A DNA stretch of 63,177 nt, filler included, from Octopus bimaculoides (taxonomy: Eukaryota): the NCBI RefSeq assembly GCF_001194135.2. It is 8 parts of 6 records of this genome, joined end to end, with 100 filler letters (N's around TTAATTAATTAA, not from the genome) between each part and the next. Parts side by side here need not be neighbours in the genome. Positions count along the whole stretch, not along the records: positions 1 to 14,776 come from NC_068986.1; positions 14,877 to 27,968 come from NC_068981.1; 6 more parts are not named here. One strand, 5' to 3'. Under the pieces are notes generated by a model. That model saw nothing but the letters and a program-made list of their open reading frames with translations, searched no databases and had not been told where the DNA came from. A program made the position numbers and the translations under genes. The first letter of the stretch is position 1, and each line of letters opens with the position of its first letter. Of this stretch, positions 12,004-25,930 are shown piece after piece.

Positions 12004-14776
12004 TATTAACAAATGTTTCCATCCCTGTAGTGTGTGTGATATGAGGGAGATATGATTGCTCTCTTTAGTAAGTTGACTGGTCACATAGGTGCTCCCATTT
12101 TAGCTCATTAAACATTTTGCGATTCCTATTCAGGGATTTAAAAAAAAAAAAAATCTTTTTTTTTTTTATGTTTATTTATTTTTGCTGTTGCAGAGTAGCA
12201 GAGGCTTTGATTCTCAATTATTTATTTAACTGTAACACCTGTTCTATTTGGGTAATGAATATAGTAGAAGCAAAAGTAGATTAAACTCCCCCCCCCCGAC
12301 TTAAATCTCATGTGTGACCATACTCTTAACATTACTAATAACATTACTAGTATCTCATCTGTACTAGAGATACTGCTGCTCTCCCTACTACTTTGCTAAT
12401 GTTCTTAGATATGATATAACCCTGTACCTTCAGTACTTCTAGTAAAAAGAACAAAATCTCACCACTACCACTACCACCACCATCATCATCATCATACATA
12501 CAAGGTTGTTTCATGCTGTACTCCATAGTTTTGTAGTACAGTATCTTTTATACTATTAGTTTTACTATTTTCTTATCTGTGAATCTTAACCACCTTTATA
12601 AAACTTGAATCTACCCCTACCCGACTACTCCATAAGATGCCCTCTTTCACTCACATATTTTGTTTTTACTACCCAGTTATCAATCATCCCCCTTGTATTA
12701 TGTTCTCAAGTAACTTCCACTAAAATTACCCTTTGGTTTCTATTCAAACATCCATTGTCCTACATATATATATATATATATATATTGTATATATTGTATA
12801 TATTGTATGGTAAGGCATTTGCTTTGCAACTACATTGTCCTGGGTTCAGTCCTACTGCGCGGGCACACAAAGGGTTAAAGAATAATGTAGTAAAGTTGTA
12901 GGTTCCACTGCTTGAATGACAATTTCTAAAATAAACCTAATGTGAGAAATTGTCATTTCTCTTGTATTCAAGAATGGTCATTCAGTGTATGTTAATACTT
13001 CTCTCCTTTCTCTGGTGTGTTTGTTTTTGTCTAGTATTATCACAAAAATGACTACCAGTAATATATTGGGATTGAGTCAACTGATTTGGCTTCCGCTCCC
13101 ATAATTGGGCATCATTATCATCATCATTATTTAAAGGCTTCCTTCCATGCTGGCATGGGGTGGATGGTTTGACAGGAGCTCACGAGTCAGAGGACTGTGA
13201 TAAGTTCCAGTGTCTGCTTTGGTATAGTTTCTACAATTGGATGCCTTTCCTAGTGCCGACCGTTGTACAATGTGTCCCTGGGTGATTTTTACATAGCATA
13301 AGCAGCTTTGAAGTCACCAAGTAACTTGCAAGACAAGACAAGACACCCCTCAACTGAAAAAAGGGTGTAGTGGTGAAGGAGGTGGCTTTGTATCAGATCA
13401 TGAGAAGTTAGAATATAAATAGAGGAGCAGAAATAGGTGCCATGGCTACCTCAGTTGGAGAAAGTGAAAAGGAGAGAGTAATATGTGATAGGGCACACAC
13501 TCTAATTAGAGAGAGCCGTGTGTAAGTGACGTGGAACTGGGGATTGGACAGGGTGAGTAGATAGATAGATAGATAGAGACTGTAAAATATTCTATTTTCT
13601 TGTACTATGAAATATAATGCAATTGGTTCTTAATGCAACTACTGAAGGAAAAAAAAAGAGTTAGATGTTTGGTGTGTTTTTTTGCTCTCCACTTTTTCTT
13701 TGTATAATGTTTGTGACATTGCTACTAACTTTTTTTTAAATAAGTGTGTAAACACAAATGTGCACAGCTCTCTCTCTCTCTCTCCCTCATGCACACTCAC
13801 ACACACATACATTATTGTGAAAGAATCCCTCCCCCATCTCAATCTTTCACTCTTGAAGTATCTCTAATGACCATGAGCTAATGGACATGTTTCTCTTGTA
13901 ATTGATAACATTTTCTCCAAACCTATTTTTATTCATTAATTTTTCTTCATTTTCATTTCTTCATCATCATCATCGTCGATATTATTATTATTATTATTAT
14001 TATTATTTTTAAAAAAATATAAATAAAAGCAAATTTTATAACAGTTGAGATGTGAGTTTCAAATAGGTAAAAATTTCGCTTCTCGTATTTGGCTACGCTT
14101 TTGATGTGTACACCATATCTAGCTTGTAGATCAAAGCCACTAACAGCCCTTTCATCTCTTGTTGTTGGCAGCTTCTGCTCTTCATCAGTAGCTTATAGAA
14201 ATGGATGAGTGCTGTTTACACAAGAAGTAGGCGCATGCACACGCACACGCACACACAAACACACACACAGGTGCATTCTTAATGATAAGGATTCATTTCA
14301 GTCTTAATACTTAACGTGATTCATTTTTCTCCAATAGGTTTCTAACGATTCCTCTACCAGGTTGTTGGTTTACAAAGTTACCTTGTTCACTTTGGCCCTC
14401 ACATCAATTTGACTTCTTCACTGTGTTGTAGCAGCTTTTCAACTGAAAGGGCAATCTTCGAGATATAAATGATAATTAGAAATAGTTTTCTGTTTTGTTT
14501 ATTGATTTCTTCTTCTCCATCATTGTATTATTATTAATATTATTGTTATTATCGTAAAAATCTGAATATGGAAAGATGGAAGAATCTCTATCTCTCCCTC
14601 TTTCTCTCTCTCTTTCTCTTTCTCCTATCCTCCCCACTCCTTCTCCTCTCTCAATATCTTTTTCTTGTCTCTTTGCTGATAGTAATAAGAGAGTTGCTTC
14701 CATTAATTATGGTGTATAGTTAAAAGATTAGTATTTCACAAAGTTAGCAAGATTTTAATCTCTTTGACAATACACA

Positions 14777-14876
14777 NNNNNNNNNNNNNNNNNNNNNNNN
14801 NNNNNNNNNNNNNNNNNNNNTTAATTAATTAANNNNNNNNNNNNNNNNNNNNNNNNNNNNNNNNNNNNNNNNNNNN
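14777..14876. other. assembly gap marker: 44 N + TTAATTAATTAA + 44 N
   Basis: The identical 12-mer sits inside N runs at 14821, 28013, 43430, 45504, 50701, 59510 and 62031. It marks scaffold joins of unknown true size. Confidence 0.9.
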
Positions 14877-16150
14877 GGAATGCATCAACATTAGCGAAGA
14901 AGATGTACTACTAGCTATACATGAAGTGGACACAAACTCAACTGCTGGCCCTGATGGTTTCCCAGCAATCCTCCTTAAATCGTGTAAGCATGCCCTGGCA
15001 AAACCCCTCCAGATCCTCTTCCAGAGCTTTCTCGCAAACGGAAGACTGGCAAGCAAGCTGAAGGAGGGAATAATGTGCCCAATCCATAAAGGGGGAAGCA
15101 GAGCAGATGCCAAAAACTATAGGCCTATCTCTCTGACTTCACACATCACCAAAGTCATGGAAAGGATAATCAGAGGAAAACTGATCGCATTCCTTCAAGA
15201 AAATAAATTGCTGAGTGATACCCAACATGTCTTTCGACCAGGTAGGAGCTGCCTGACCCAGTTCTTAAAACATTACGACTGGGTGTTGAGGCAGTTACTC
15301 AACAACTCATATGTGGACGTAATATACCTTGATTTTGCAAAAGCTTTTCACAAAGTGGATCATGGTGTGATATGCCACAAACTGCGTGATCTTGGCATAG
15401 CTGGAAAACTTGGAGAGTGGTTACATGACTTTCTGAAAGATAGAAGTCAGGCAGTAGTGGCTAATGGAACCACCTCTATGAAAACACAAATAATGAGCGG
15501 TGTTCCACAGGGCACTCTCTTGGGACCATTGCTTTTTATAGTCACCCTCTAAGATATGCCTTCGAGTGCCCGGATAGCCCCTCTTGCAACACGATACAAA
15601 AGTCTCGCAGAAAATACAGAACTCCAGTGATGTTGCACACCTGCAGCATGAATTGGACTCAGTTTACAGATGGGCTGAGAACAATAAGATGCAGTTTAAT
15701 GCTGAAAAATTCCAAGCCCTGCGCTACCAACGTCCAAAACTGAATATGAAACTTACAGAGTTCACTGGTGCACAGGGAATTTCAATCCCAGAGCCTAAAT
15801 CAGTGAAAGACCTGGGTATCGACATGAGTGATGATACCTCTTTCCAAGTGCACGTTACCAGAATGGCAACAAAGTGCAGACGATTGGCTGGATGGATCCT
15901 GAGTACATTCAGAACCAGAGATAAGGAGATCATGATGATCCTCTGGAGGACATTCGTGCTCAGCCGCCTGGATTACTGCTCAGAGCTGTGGTCACCCACC
16001 AGTCTGAAATTTACAGCAGACCTTGAAGCAATCCAGAGGAGATTCACAAAGAAGATTGTCTCTTTGCAACTGGTCAGCTACTGGGAAAGGCTGAAACAGC
16101 TAAGACTCTACTCCCTGGAGAGAAGGCGGGAGAGGTATGCAGTAATATGC
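14877..16150 (+). mobile_element. CR1-clade LINE reverse-transcriptase fragment (disabled)
   Basis: ORFs 14926-15552 and 15584-16225 carry AGPDG, NYRPISLTS, YLDFAKAF, SGVPQG and LERRR motifs. A stop and a frameshift destroy the YxDD region. The 5' side runs into a gap. Confidence 0.9.
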
Positions 16151-19100
16151 AGACGAATTACTAATGAGTTTAAGTGTGCAGCAGAAATACCTGCCACATT
16201 TGAAAGGTTGACAAAAGGAAAATGAAACAACATTTTTGAAAAATTAATTTTTCTGTTGTTTAAACAAAGGGTTACAGTAGATTCTTCAGATTCTGAAGAA
16301 TCTGAACAAAAGTCTGAAGAATATACTAGAGTAGATGGAAGCGCTCATATATGATTTATTAAAACATGTGACATATTAATAAAAATCTGTAAAGGTACAA
16401 CCATCCAGATCTCTGAGTACCTTATGTTTCCTATAATATATATATATATATATATATATAAAAGAGAGAGAGTGAGAGACAGAGAATATTATATTAAATC
16501 TCTGAGTGAGGTATAAACAGTAGCAGCACAGAACCATAATATATATTCGCCAAATAAGTGTGGCGTCCTATACATAACAGTGCTACTGATGTTTAAAGCA
16601 TTGCATAATACACACGGAATCGAGTTTCTGGGTTGTTACCCGTCATTAGCGTGTGTTAATTACCAGCTAGTGACGAAAGCTCATTCCACTCGCATATTAC
16701 TATATATTCTTCTAGCGACTCAGTGTCGCTGATGTAGTAGAAGAGAGAGACTGTTATATTAAATCTTTGAGCGATATATAAACAGTAGCTGTACGGAACT
16801 GTGTCATACATTTGCCAACTAAGTGCGGTGTCCTATGCAGGAGAGTGCTACTGATGTTTATTGCCCCATAAAGACATTTCTTCCAGCTGGATAAGGACAC
16901 GCATTTTGCATCCGATCAATTTATGCGAGGCGAGGTCATCTCTCCCGTTTCTAGCCTTACGTAACACACAAGGGCTCGAGTTACTGAGCTGTTACCCGTC
17001 CTCTGCGAGTTATATATATATATATATATATATNNNNNNNNNNNNNNNNNNNNNNNNNNNNNNNNNNNNNNNNNNNNNNNNNNNNNNNNNNNNNNNNNNN
17101 NNNNNNNNNNNNNNNNNNNNNNNNNNNNNNNNNNNNNNNNNNNNNNNNNNNNNNNNNNNNNNNNNNNNNNNNNNNNNNNNNNNNNNNNNNNNNNNNNNNN
17201 NNNNNNNNNNNNNNNNNNNNNNNNNNNNNNNNNNNNNNNNNNNNNNNNNNNNNNNNNNNNNNNNNNNNNNNNNNNNNNNNNNNNNNNNNNNNNNNNNNNN
17301 NNNNNNNNNNNNNNNNNNNNNNNNNNNNNNNNNNNNNNNNNNNNNNNNNNNNNNNNNNNNNNNNNNNNNNNNNNNNNNNNNNNNNNNNNNNNNNNNNNNN
17401 NNNNNNNNNNNNNNNNNNNNNNNNNNNNNNNNNNNNNNNNNNNNNNNNNNNNNNNNNNNNNNNNNNNNNNNNNNNNNNNNNNNNNNNNNNNNNNNNNNNN
17501 NNNNNNNNNNNNNNNNNNNNNNNTATATATATATATATATATGTATATAGGACGGGCTTCTATCAGTTTCCATCAACCAATTCCACTCCCAGGCGTAGGT
17601 CGGCCCGCGGCTATAGTAGAAGACACTTGCCGAAGGTGCTAATCTTCTTACCACACAACCATGCCTGCACCTATAGATGAATATCTATATATGTATCTGT
17701 GTATATATTTATGTATGGCTATATGTACATATGTATATATGCGTGTACATATGTAGATGTGTATATATGTATCTATCTATCTCGCTATATAGATGTATGA
17801 ATATATCTATACACACTTACACATATAATTTGTTGAATTACTGAGAGATTTTAATTATTCATAAACAAAAACTAATTTTCGTCGTAACGCTAACTTACCA
17901 AGAAGAAATGATTGTATTTCTCAGATGTGAAAATACCTAAACAGATGTTCTTATGGAATAAGTTGGATAACCTTGGAAGAATGTTATGGACTAAATTTTA
18001 AATGAGCGATTAAGAAAGTTATTCACGTACATCAAAGTTATTGCAGAATATTTGCACAACTCATACATTAGTTATGGCTACAGATTGAAAGATGTGCCGT
18101 CATGAAAAAAATGAAAATTATTAGTTTTCGATAATTAATGGCACTTTTTAGATTTCATCCATATACAATTTCGAGCTGCGTTCTAGACTGCTTGTCCCCT
18201 ATAGAAACATCAGCAAATGGTGTGAATGAAGAAAACGAATTATTGTTTAGTGTTAATGACAACAACGATATTGGAATGTAGATGTTTAAAATGCTCATAG
18301 ACAAAAAGATGAGTTGTAGATTACACTGAATAATTGTGTATTTTAAATACACTTTAACAAAAAAATATTAGAAAAAAACATTCGACGCCAATTGGCCAGT
18401 CTAGTTGTAACATATTTTAGTAAAATTTACAGCAGTCTTTAAATTCTAAGAGGATTTTAGACACAATTACGAAGTGGTTATCTACGAGTCATCGCCAAAT
18501 GTTCAAAATAGTATTTCAGTAACTGTACACACATTTAATTGATCTGGAGCTAATGGCAAACGACACTAGTTTTTGAAAATGTTGCACATGGAATGTCAAT
18601 ATGACAAAGAAGGCAGATACATTTACAAACTTAAAGACACTCAGATAGACAGACGACCTGACTGACGGAAGTATGGATGAATAAATATCATATTCTCAGA
18701 CTAGGAAGATTACTTGGTAAGAAAAACACAAACAAATTAATAAAACTATAGCAATCGCACTTGGCATCTCCCAGCCCCCGGCATTTCCCAGAGAGTAGTG
18801 AAGCAGAAACACATAAACACGTACTCACATTCGCACACCCGATCTCACATAAGCATGCAAGAAAAAGACTGTGAACATGTGTGTGTGTGTGTTTGTGTGT
18901 GTACATATATATGTGTATCTGCATATATCGATCGACCGATAGATAGACAGATAGACAGATAGAGAGACAGACAGACAGACAAACAGATATTTCCATTGTT
19001 AGATATAGCTACATATATATGTGCGTGTATAAGCGCTTTTGGCCATACATGCGCAGTAGCATACATGCGCAGTAGCATACATGTACACGTGTCTGAATGT

Positions 19101-19505
19101 TTGCGTGTTTGCGTGCGTGCGTGTGTGTGTCTGTGTGTTTGTTTTCGTTATAGGTATGAAAGCTTATTAATGCTTGTGTGTGTGTGCGTATAGTATAGAG
19201 AGATAGATAGATAGCTATACACTCACAAAAATGTGTGCCTGTGTATGTGCGTAGATAAACATATGTTATATACTGCACATGTCCATAGATTTATTAGTTC
19301 ACACAGTTTACTACGACAACTGAAACAAAACACATACACAATATATTGGTGGGCGGAAACAGAAAGAACAGTGGTACTTGTCGATAAATTGTTTACGATC
19401 GTCGTAACACAGACTGTTGGCTAATAAATCTTTAAATGCTCTATTGTAGATTATAGTAATAAAACGAAACTGGTAACACAGTACTGAATTAATAACAGCA
19501 CATAT

Positions 19506-19546
<41 letters not shown>

Positions 19547-19699
19547 NNNNNNNNNNNNNNNNNNNNNNNNNNNNNNNNNNNNNNNNNNNNNNNNNNNNNN
19601 NNNNNTATATACATCTATGTATGTATGCATGAACGTATGTATGTATGCATCTATGTACATATATATATATATATACATATATTCCTACATATACACTTA

Positions 19700-20740
19700 C
19701 ATATGGTTATGAAAATTGCTGAAAACAATATCCTACGTGTCAGCAGCAAGCTCCTCAGGAAACAGTCTTTTCCTAATAACCTCACATACAACTCTAAAAC
19801 ACGTGAAAAAAGATCTATATGTGAAACTCTCAGCATACTAAAAAAATAAATGTCCCTGCAAGAGTAAGTATCCTGAAGACCTCTGTATCTATACTGAAGG
19901 GGATCGAAATATTGACATGAAGTTACGAATGTTTGTACACGGAATCGTTACAACACATGCTTCGAAGATTTTGCAATCTGAGAACAGGTGCTTGTTACGA
20001 AATACCTAATACGCAACACAGACCAGTGAGTTACAAGATGCAACCGGAAATGTAGATTATGACATAGTTCTGCGGAACACATCAGGCATATAATTAGCAG
20101 CTGCCCACATGTGTTATCAATGTTGTACCTTCCTATGCGACACGACGTTGTTGCAAAAACAATATACTGTACTACAAGGAAAAACGACTGTCTTGAAATG
20201 AATAAGAGAATCTCAGTTTTATTGAATACGTACATAAACATCAGCAGAAGGAATACTGGCGTAACATTCCCATCAAAAGATGTCAAGTGTAACCGTAATA
20301 GACTGGATAATATTGTTTGAGACAGTGAAGAAAGAGTATATGCCGTCATAAAGTTCTGTTATCATCCTGATGTGAATGTCTCTTTGAAATCTGAGAAAAA
20401 AAAAGGATAATTATGGATAACGTCTTGAAATATTATGCTTCTCCATCCAGATCACTAATTCACATTTATAGCATAAAAATTGATGCATTTGGATTAATGA
20501 ATCACTACCTAACTGACAACATGGATACGTTTGGATTTTCAGCGAAAGAAATCAATCAGCTAACTCGCACTTTTCAAATATAATCTATAAGTGGAACAAT
20601 AAATATATGTAAGACGCTTCTCAAGTTTACAAAGTGACATTGTTTTCGTTATGAATATTCCAACGATGGAAATTTGTACCTTTGTTACAAACAAGCTTCG
20701 TTCTCAAAGGAAGAATTTAAAAGATGTAAAAACAAAGAGA
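19700..20740 (+). mobile_element. R4/Dong-type (restriction-like endonuclease) LINE, 3' fragment
   Basis: CCHC-like knuckle CRL*HSSAEHIRHIISSCPHVLSMLYLPMRHDVVAK, followed by a decayed RLE motif NRLDNIV*DSEERVYAVIKFCYHPDVNV. Confidence 0.75.
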
Positions 20741-21514
20741 ACATATATAAATACGCACACATACATACACACACACACACACACATACAAACAGGCACAC
20801 ACACATGTTCATATATATACGTGGCTAGAAAAAGAGAGTTACTGATTCATAGATAGATCGATAGACTGATAGGTTGATATATAGACTCTGTGCGTGTATG
20901 CTCAATGTGTATCTGTATAGTGTGTGTGAGTGCGCGCACGTGTTTTTGCACGAGTTTAATACAAGACTGTGTGAAAATCAATTATCCAGGTTTTCCCAGC
21001 CGGCATGTTGGACTTATTTCGCCATCTGTCGAGTTGGTGTTGTCAACACGGTCGGGTAAAAACTCAATATGAAACGAGATTAAAATGAGAACATATGGTT
21101 CAAAGGAGGGAAAGCAATCAAAGGGAGATAATTCACTGAAGTCAAACTGCAATAATTAACTGAGTGATAGAAGCACATAGGATAAAGGAAAGTTATCATT
21201 GTTGAGCGGTTAAAGGATTTGGGCAGTGCATAAAGAATTAGATAAGATCAAATGATACACGGCTAAGAACGTGTTAGCATTAGCTGAATATAATCACTAA
21301 TTGGTGCTCGATAGAATCGCAAGCAAACTAATGGATTATTGCCTACCAGATGTCTTACATTTAATACCCGCTAAAATATACTTTGCAAAGTGTCTAAATG
21401 ATAAAATTCCATTCTTGATCTTTCACACTTCCTGGAGGTTCGTAGACTCTTCAAAATATATATATATGTTTTTCATGTAAACTTACTTAAGTTCGACTTG
21501 GCTACATACGACTC

Positions 21515-21624
21515 TGTAAATTAATTACATAACACAGGATGCAGCCATTACTATGTGTATTTATTACGGCAAACAGCAGAAACTCGTGTATCACACTTTG
21601 AGTGAACATCTCACTTTCAATACA
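21515..21624 (-). repeat. 3' LTR of the gypsy element (about 110 bp)
   Basis: TG...CA termini, preceded on the minus strand by the polypurine tract (21625-21635). GACTC at 21510-21514. Confidence 0.85.
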
Positions 21625-21979
21625 TCTCCCTTCTTTACAAATATTTCAAGAGCTAATATTGTAGTCAATATACACATAATGCTTAAGTTATGCCAATATT
21701 TGGAACTTAGCTTATCAACTTCAAATAACCTCAATTACATATTCATTATCATTGGGATAAAACCACTTTCTTAAAAGTTCGTGAATATATCTTTTTTTAA
21801 AATTAATCTGTCCATAAATGCCCCCCCGCCCTTAAGAAACTAATCTCTTTAACTTATTCAAACGTGGAAAGAATAATGAAATATGCTTTCTAGCAATTAA
21901 CAGAGTTCTACTTCTTTAACTTGAAGTCGAACATTTCACACAGTTCATGAATCTCTCTTTTCATGGAGCACTTCTCAAA

Positions 21980-24900
21980 TTCAACAGTTGTTGGTATCAA
22001 TCTCGATATCGTTCTGGCATGTTAATCGTTCATCCAGATCTCGTAGTTTGATTACAGATAGTGTGTGTAGTCCCAGACTCATCTGTATCACATTACATTG
22101 TCTCTTCACATTCTCCATTTGACTGAGCTGCTTGATTATTAGCAGCTGTGTGAAGATGGCGGTGATTACGTTGGTACTGTCTGACATCTGATGTCGTTAT
22201 GTTGTAGGATCTTGACGCATCATCAACTAATTTGACAACTCCAAGCTTCCCTGACGACTGCTTTACTCGAATTCTGACTTGCTGTCCAGGAGTCAAGGGA
22301 GGTAACACTATACTATCGATGTCGCAGTAGTGCTTTTGCTGATCTTGACGTGCATTTATCTGATCATATAGCTGTTCTCTACCTAAGCTGTCAGTAAGTC
22401 ATCGGACACAGGTAGGCGACACTTCATGTGCCTATTCATTAACATTCGAGCTGATGATAGATTCACCATGTCAACCGGCGTATTTTTGTCCTCAAGTAGA
22501 GCCAAGTAGGCATCTCGGCCACTAGCTTGTGTTTACTAGAGCATACTTTTTGCTGTCTGTACTGTACGATCAGGTTGTCCGTTTAATTGTGGGTATGTCG
22601 GACTTGCTGTTGTGTTTGAAGTCCCATTCTAGAGTAAAGTTATTTATGGACCTCTGCACTCATAAATTGCAGTCTGTTATTCTGTCGTGAGCTCATCTCG
22701 GATGCTATATCTGGCAACGACAGATTTCACTGTTGTGACAGTCGTTTTACTTCAAAGGGCAGACGAATTTACAATTTCATGGTACTTCCAGAAACAGTCC
22801 ACACAAACGATGTAGTCAATGTTGTACACAAACAAGTCGGCTCAACTTTAGCCTAAGATCGATCAGGAATTTCATTACTCTTCAACGGTTGCTTCGGATA
22901 ACTCCTTTTGCTCTTTTAGTGCACAGAACATCGTGCTAAAAAAATCTTCAATTTTTACAGTCATTCATAGCCAGAAGATAACATTTTTGGCTCAGTAAGT
23001 ACTTTATCACTTCGAAATAAGCATCATGAATTCTGTCCAACATTTCTGTTTGTAGTGTTGCAGGAACTACAACTTTGTCAGCTTTAAAGATGATGTCATC
23101 AACAACAGTCTGTTCATCTCGAATATTCCAGTAGTATTCCCGCACTTGCAGGGACATCATTTCTGTTTTCTGGCCATCCACACAGAATCACTAATTTCAG
23201 CTCTTACAGGTGTGAGTCATTTGCTGTGGCAATCCTGATTTCGCTCAAATTTCCTGAGGTCATCAGCAGTTGTGGTATTAGGTCCACTTCACACTCGGTT
23301 TCATCAAACCAATAGTTACTGGCTTTAAGTTATTTCCTGCTCAAAGTATTTTCAACAATCCGTTCTTTGCCGGGTCTGGTGGTAACTACTTTTGTAGACG
23401 CAGTAATATTCTCTGCAACACCTGAGACGTTCTCCACAACGGTTTCTGAAATATAATTTCAAGGGGCTTGTGCTCGGTTACTACTTGAACTGCTTTCACG
23501 TAGATGTATTGATGAAACTTCTCACATCCATTTAGGATACCTAGCATCTCTTTCTCAATCTGCGCATATTTCTTTTCCGCATTTTTCTGCGACCTCGAAG
23601 CGTACGGTCAGAGGCTTGTCAACTTGCATCAAAATTGTTCCTCGCTCTTTGGAGCTTGTATCCACTGATATCGTTACTGGCTTTCTAATATCGACATACT
23701 GTAGTACAGGGGTCTCTGTCACTCTTTATTTGAAATTCTTGAAACATGTTTGCTGGCTTTCTTCCCAGTGCCATGCAATGTCGTTCGGCAATAGTTCTCG
23801 TTGCGCTGCAGTTTCACTGGAGAGATTTGGCATGAACTTTCAAGATATTGTATCATTCCGAAGAATCTCATCAAATCTATTTTGTTTTCACGTTCCAGCA
23901 TTTCTCGGATAGATTTCACCTTTTCAGGATCTGGCTTCAGTTCCTTGTCAGTGAAAAGATGCCCTCCGTATGAGACCTCCGTCATTCTCAGCTTGCATTC
24001 ATTTGCGTTTAATTTCAAGACACTTGACTGTATTCTGCTTAGAACGGCATGCAACCTTTCATCATCTTGCTTGACATATGTACCCCACACACACCACATT
24101 GTCATCAACAATACAATCTGTGTCTGATAAACCTTCTACAATCTGTGACATTGTTCTCTGAAATAGCACCGGCACCAACTTCACTCCGAAAGGTAGTCAT
24201 GTGAATCGGTATCTACCAAACAGCATGTTGAACGTACACTGCTTGGAAATGCCTTCATCATGTTGCAACTGCCAAAGTCCAGACTCTGTGTCAAGAACAG
24301 CGAACAACTTGGCACCTGACATTCGTGACATAATTTCCTCAACAGTTCTCATGGGATTGAGATATGTTGAGATTTGTTGTGTCAATACAGATAGTAATCT
24401 TGTTTGGTTTTACAACTGCCACCATGCTATTAACCCAATTTGTGTTTTGAGTCACTTTGACGACAACGTTAAGGTTGGTCATTGTATGTGATTGCATTTT
24501 GTCCGTCAAATAGCAAGCACTTTCCTCGGCGGGTGTCCACTAATTCTATGTGTTGTTCTCTCGGCATGTATCTCAGTCCTTGGAACAGCTCAAGATATTC
24601 TCCCAGTGAGTCTGTGTTCACTTTCTGAATGTTGTGAACTCGCTATACCAACCTCAATTTCTCATAGGTTTTTTTCCTCCCAGTAAACTACAGAGGTTTT
24701 CCTCTCGCTTGATATTGATAGTTCCGTCTGGCCAAGCAGGAATCGCTTTCTTCAAAGTATGACACTAGTCTCACTGTTGATCTTCACTCTTCATTCTTCT
24801 ACAAGTTTAAACTGTCGAACATTAATTTGGAAATGACATTACACTGTGCATCTGTATCCAGTTTGACTTTCATTGGTTTTTCGTTGATTAATAAAGTCTC

Positions 24901-25776
24901 ATACTAATCTTCATCATCTTATTCCAATGAATAATTCTTCAAATTCATCAGTTTCTTCAGAATTGTCAATTTGATGAACATTTTTGTGTTTTCTCTCGCT
25001 AATATCTTCACTGTCAGGCCTAGATGGTATTCTAGTTTTACACATGCTGACAAAAAGGTGTTTACCACTGCATGTGTCACAAAATTTCCTGAAGCTGGAT
25101 GTTTATCTTTAGCATGTTTAGAATCACACTGTCTACACTGAAAGGATTCTTTTGTTCTACCTTTAGGTTCATACGTTCTTCTTGGACCCCTACAAGTATT
25201 CACGGCATTGATTTCTTTAGATATGATTAACTGTTCATCATTAAGAGCTTTCAATTGCTGTGCATTTATTTCTTTAGCTCTAAACAACTGTGCAGTTTTT
25301 TTTTTCTTTCCAAACCAATATGATGTTCTCTCAATAAATGCATTGTAACCTATCACCAAGAATTCCATAGACAATTGAGTCTTCAATGCGCCCATCCTTC
25401 AATGTCCCAAGCTCACAGATTTATTCTTTAAATCTGTCATATACTGATCAAATGTTTCACCTAGTTTCTGAGATCGTATAAAGAATGAATGTCTTTCAAT
25501 CGTCAAATTTTTCTTAGGTTCACAGAATTTCTGAAAACTCTGCTTCCTTTTGTCGTAATTCTTGCTGCCCGCTTTCTCACTCTAATCAAAAGAGTTGTAC
25601 ACTTGAACTGCGGCTTCTCCCGCCAGGTGTAGTAGAGTAGCACACTTTACTCTCTGTGATTTGACTGCGATACAGCTAGACGCAAGGTAAAGTTTAACCC
25701 TATGTCGCCACCATTTGCAGTTCTCGGTTGCGTTGCCTTCGGCATTAAGCCCGTTCGGATTACTTATCTGACCCAT
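21980..25776 (-). pseudogene. gag-pol pseudogene of the gypsy element
   Basis: Many short ORF pieces (25582-25776, 24919-25395, 24197-24385, 23719-24111, 22948-23181, 22093-22308) in gag-PR-RT-RH-IN order, separated by stops and frameshifts. Confidence 0.88.
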
Positions 25777-25809
25777 TCGGGTGATTAATCAATCACTCTT
25801 CTGATGCAA

Positions 25810-25930
25810 TGTAAATTTTGAGACGACACAGGCCGCAGACATTACTATGCGTGTTTTTTACGTCATATATCTCAAACTCGTGACGGTACAGTTTGTGTGC
25901 ACAACTTAACGTAAAGTCACTTTCATTATA
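25810..25930 (-). repeat. 5' LTR of the gypsy element (about 121 bp)
   Basis: Aligns to 21515-21624 (tgtaaatt..acacagg..gcag.cattactatg..aaactcgtg..tcactttca). Followed on the minus strand by a PBS-like 12-mer. GACTC at 25931-25935. Confidence 0.85.

Larger units (their letters stand above)
21515..25930 (-). mobile_element. complete but decayed Ty3/gypsy LTR retrotransposon (Mag-like), 4.4 kb
   Basis: Gag N-terminus (GNATENCKWW..VKLYL..LLHLAGEAAVQVYNSF), zinc-knuckle remnant, protease VKLDTDAQCNVI, RT (LDTESGLWQ, LPFG, IVDD), RNase H (YAQIEKEML) and integrase (SPTYPQLNG, RSYNITT..RNHRHL). LTR pair, PBS-like TTGCATCAGAAG, PPT AAGAAGGGAGA and GACTC TSD on both sides. Confidence 0.92.

Noticed and set aside
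14050-14191. Minus-strand frame ATDEEQKLPTTRDERAVSGFDLQARYG resembling the start of a FACIT-collagen TSPN domain (VSGFDL)
   Set aside because: Only a 6-residue match, a weak AAG acceptor, no good donor and no companion collagen exons.
16280-16325. Alternative 9-bp hairpins in ttcttcagattctgaagaatctgaa, and small hairpins at about 6812-6838, 6948-6976 and 41953-41980
   Set aside because: Stems of 8-9 bp are expected by chance in 63 kb of AT-rich DNA, and there is no supporting context.
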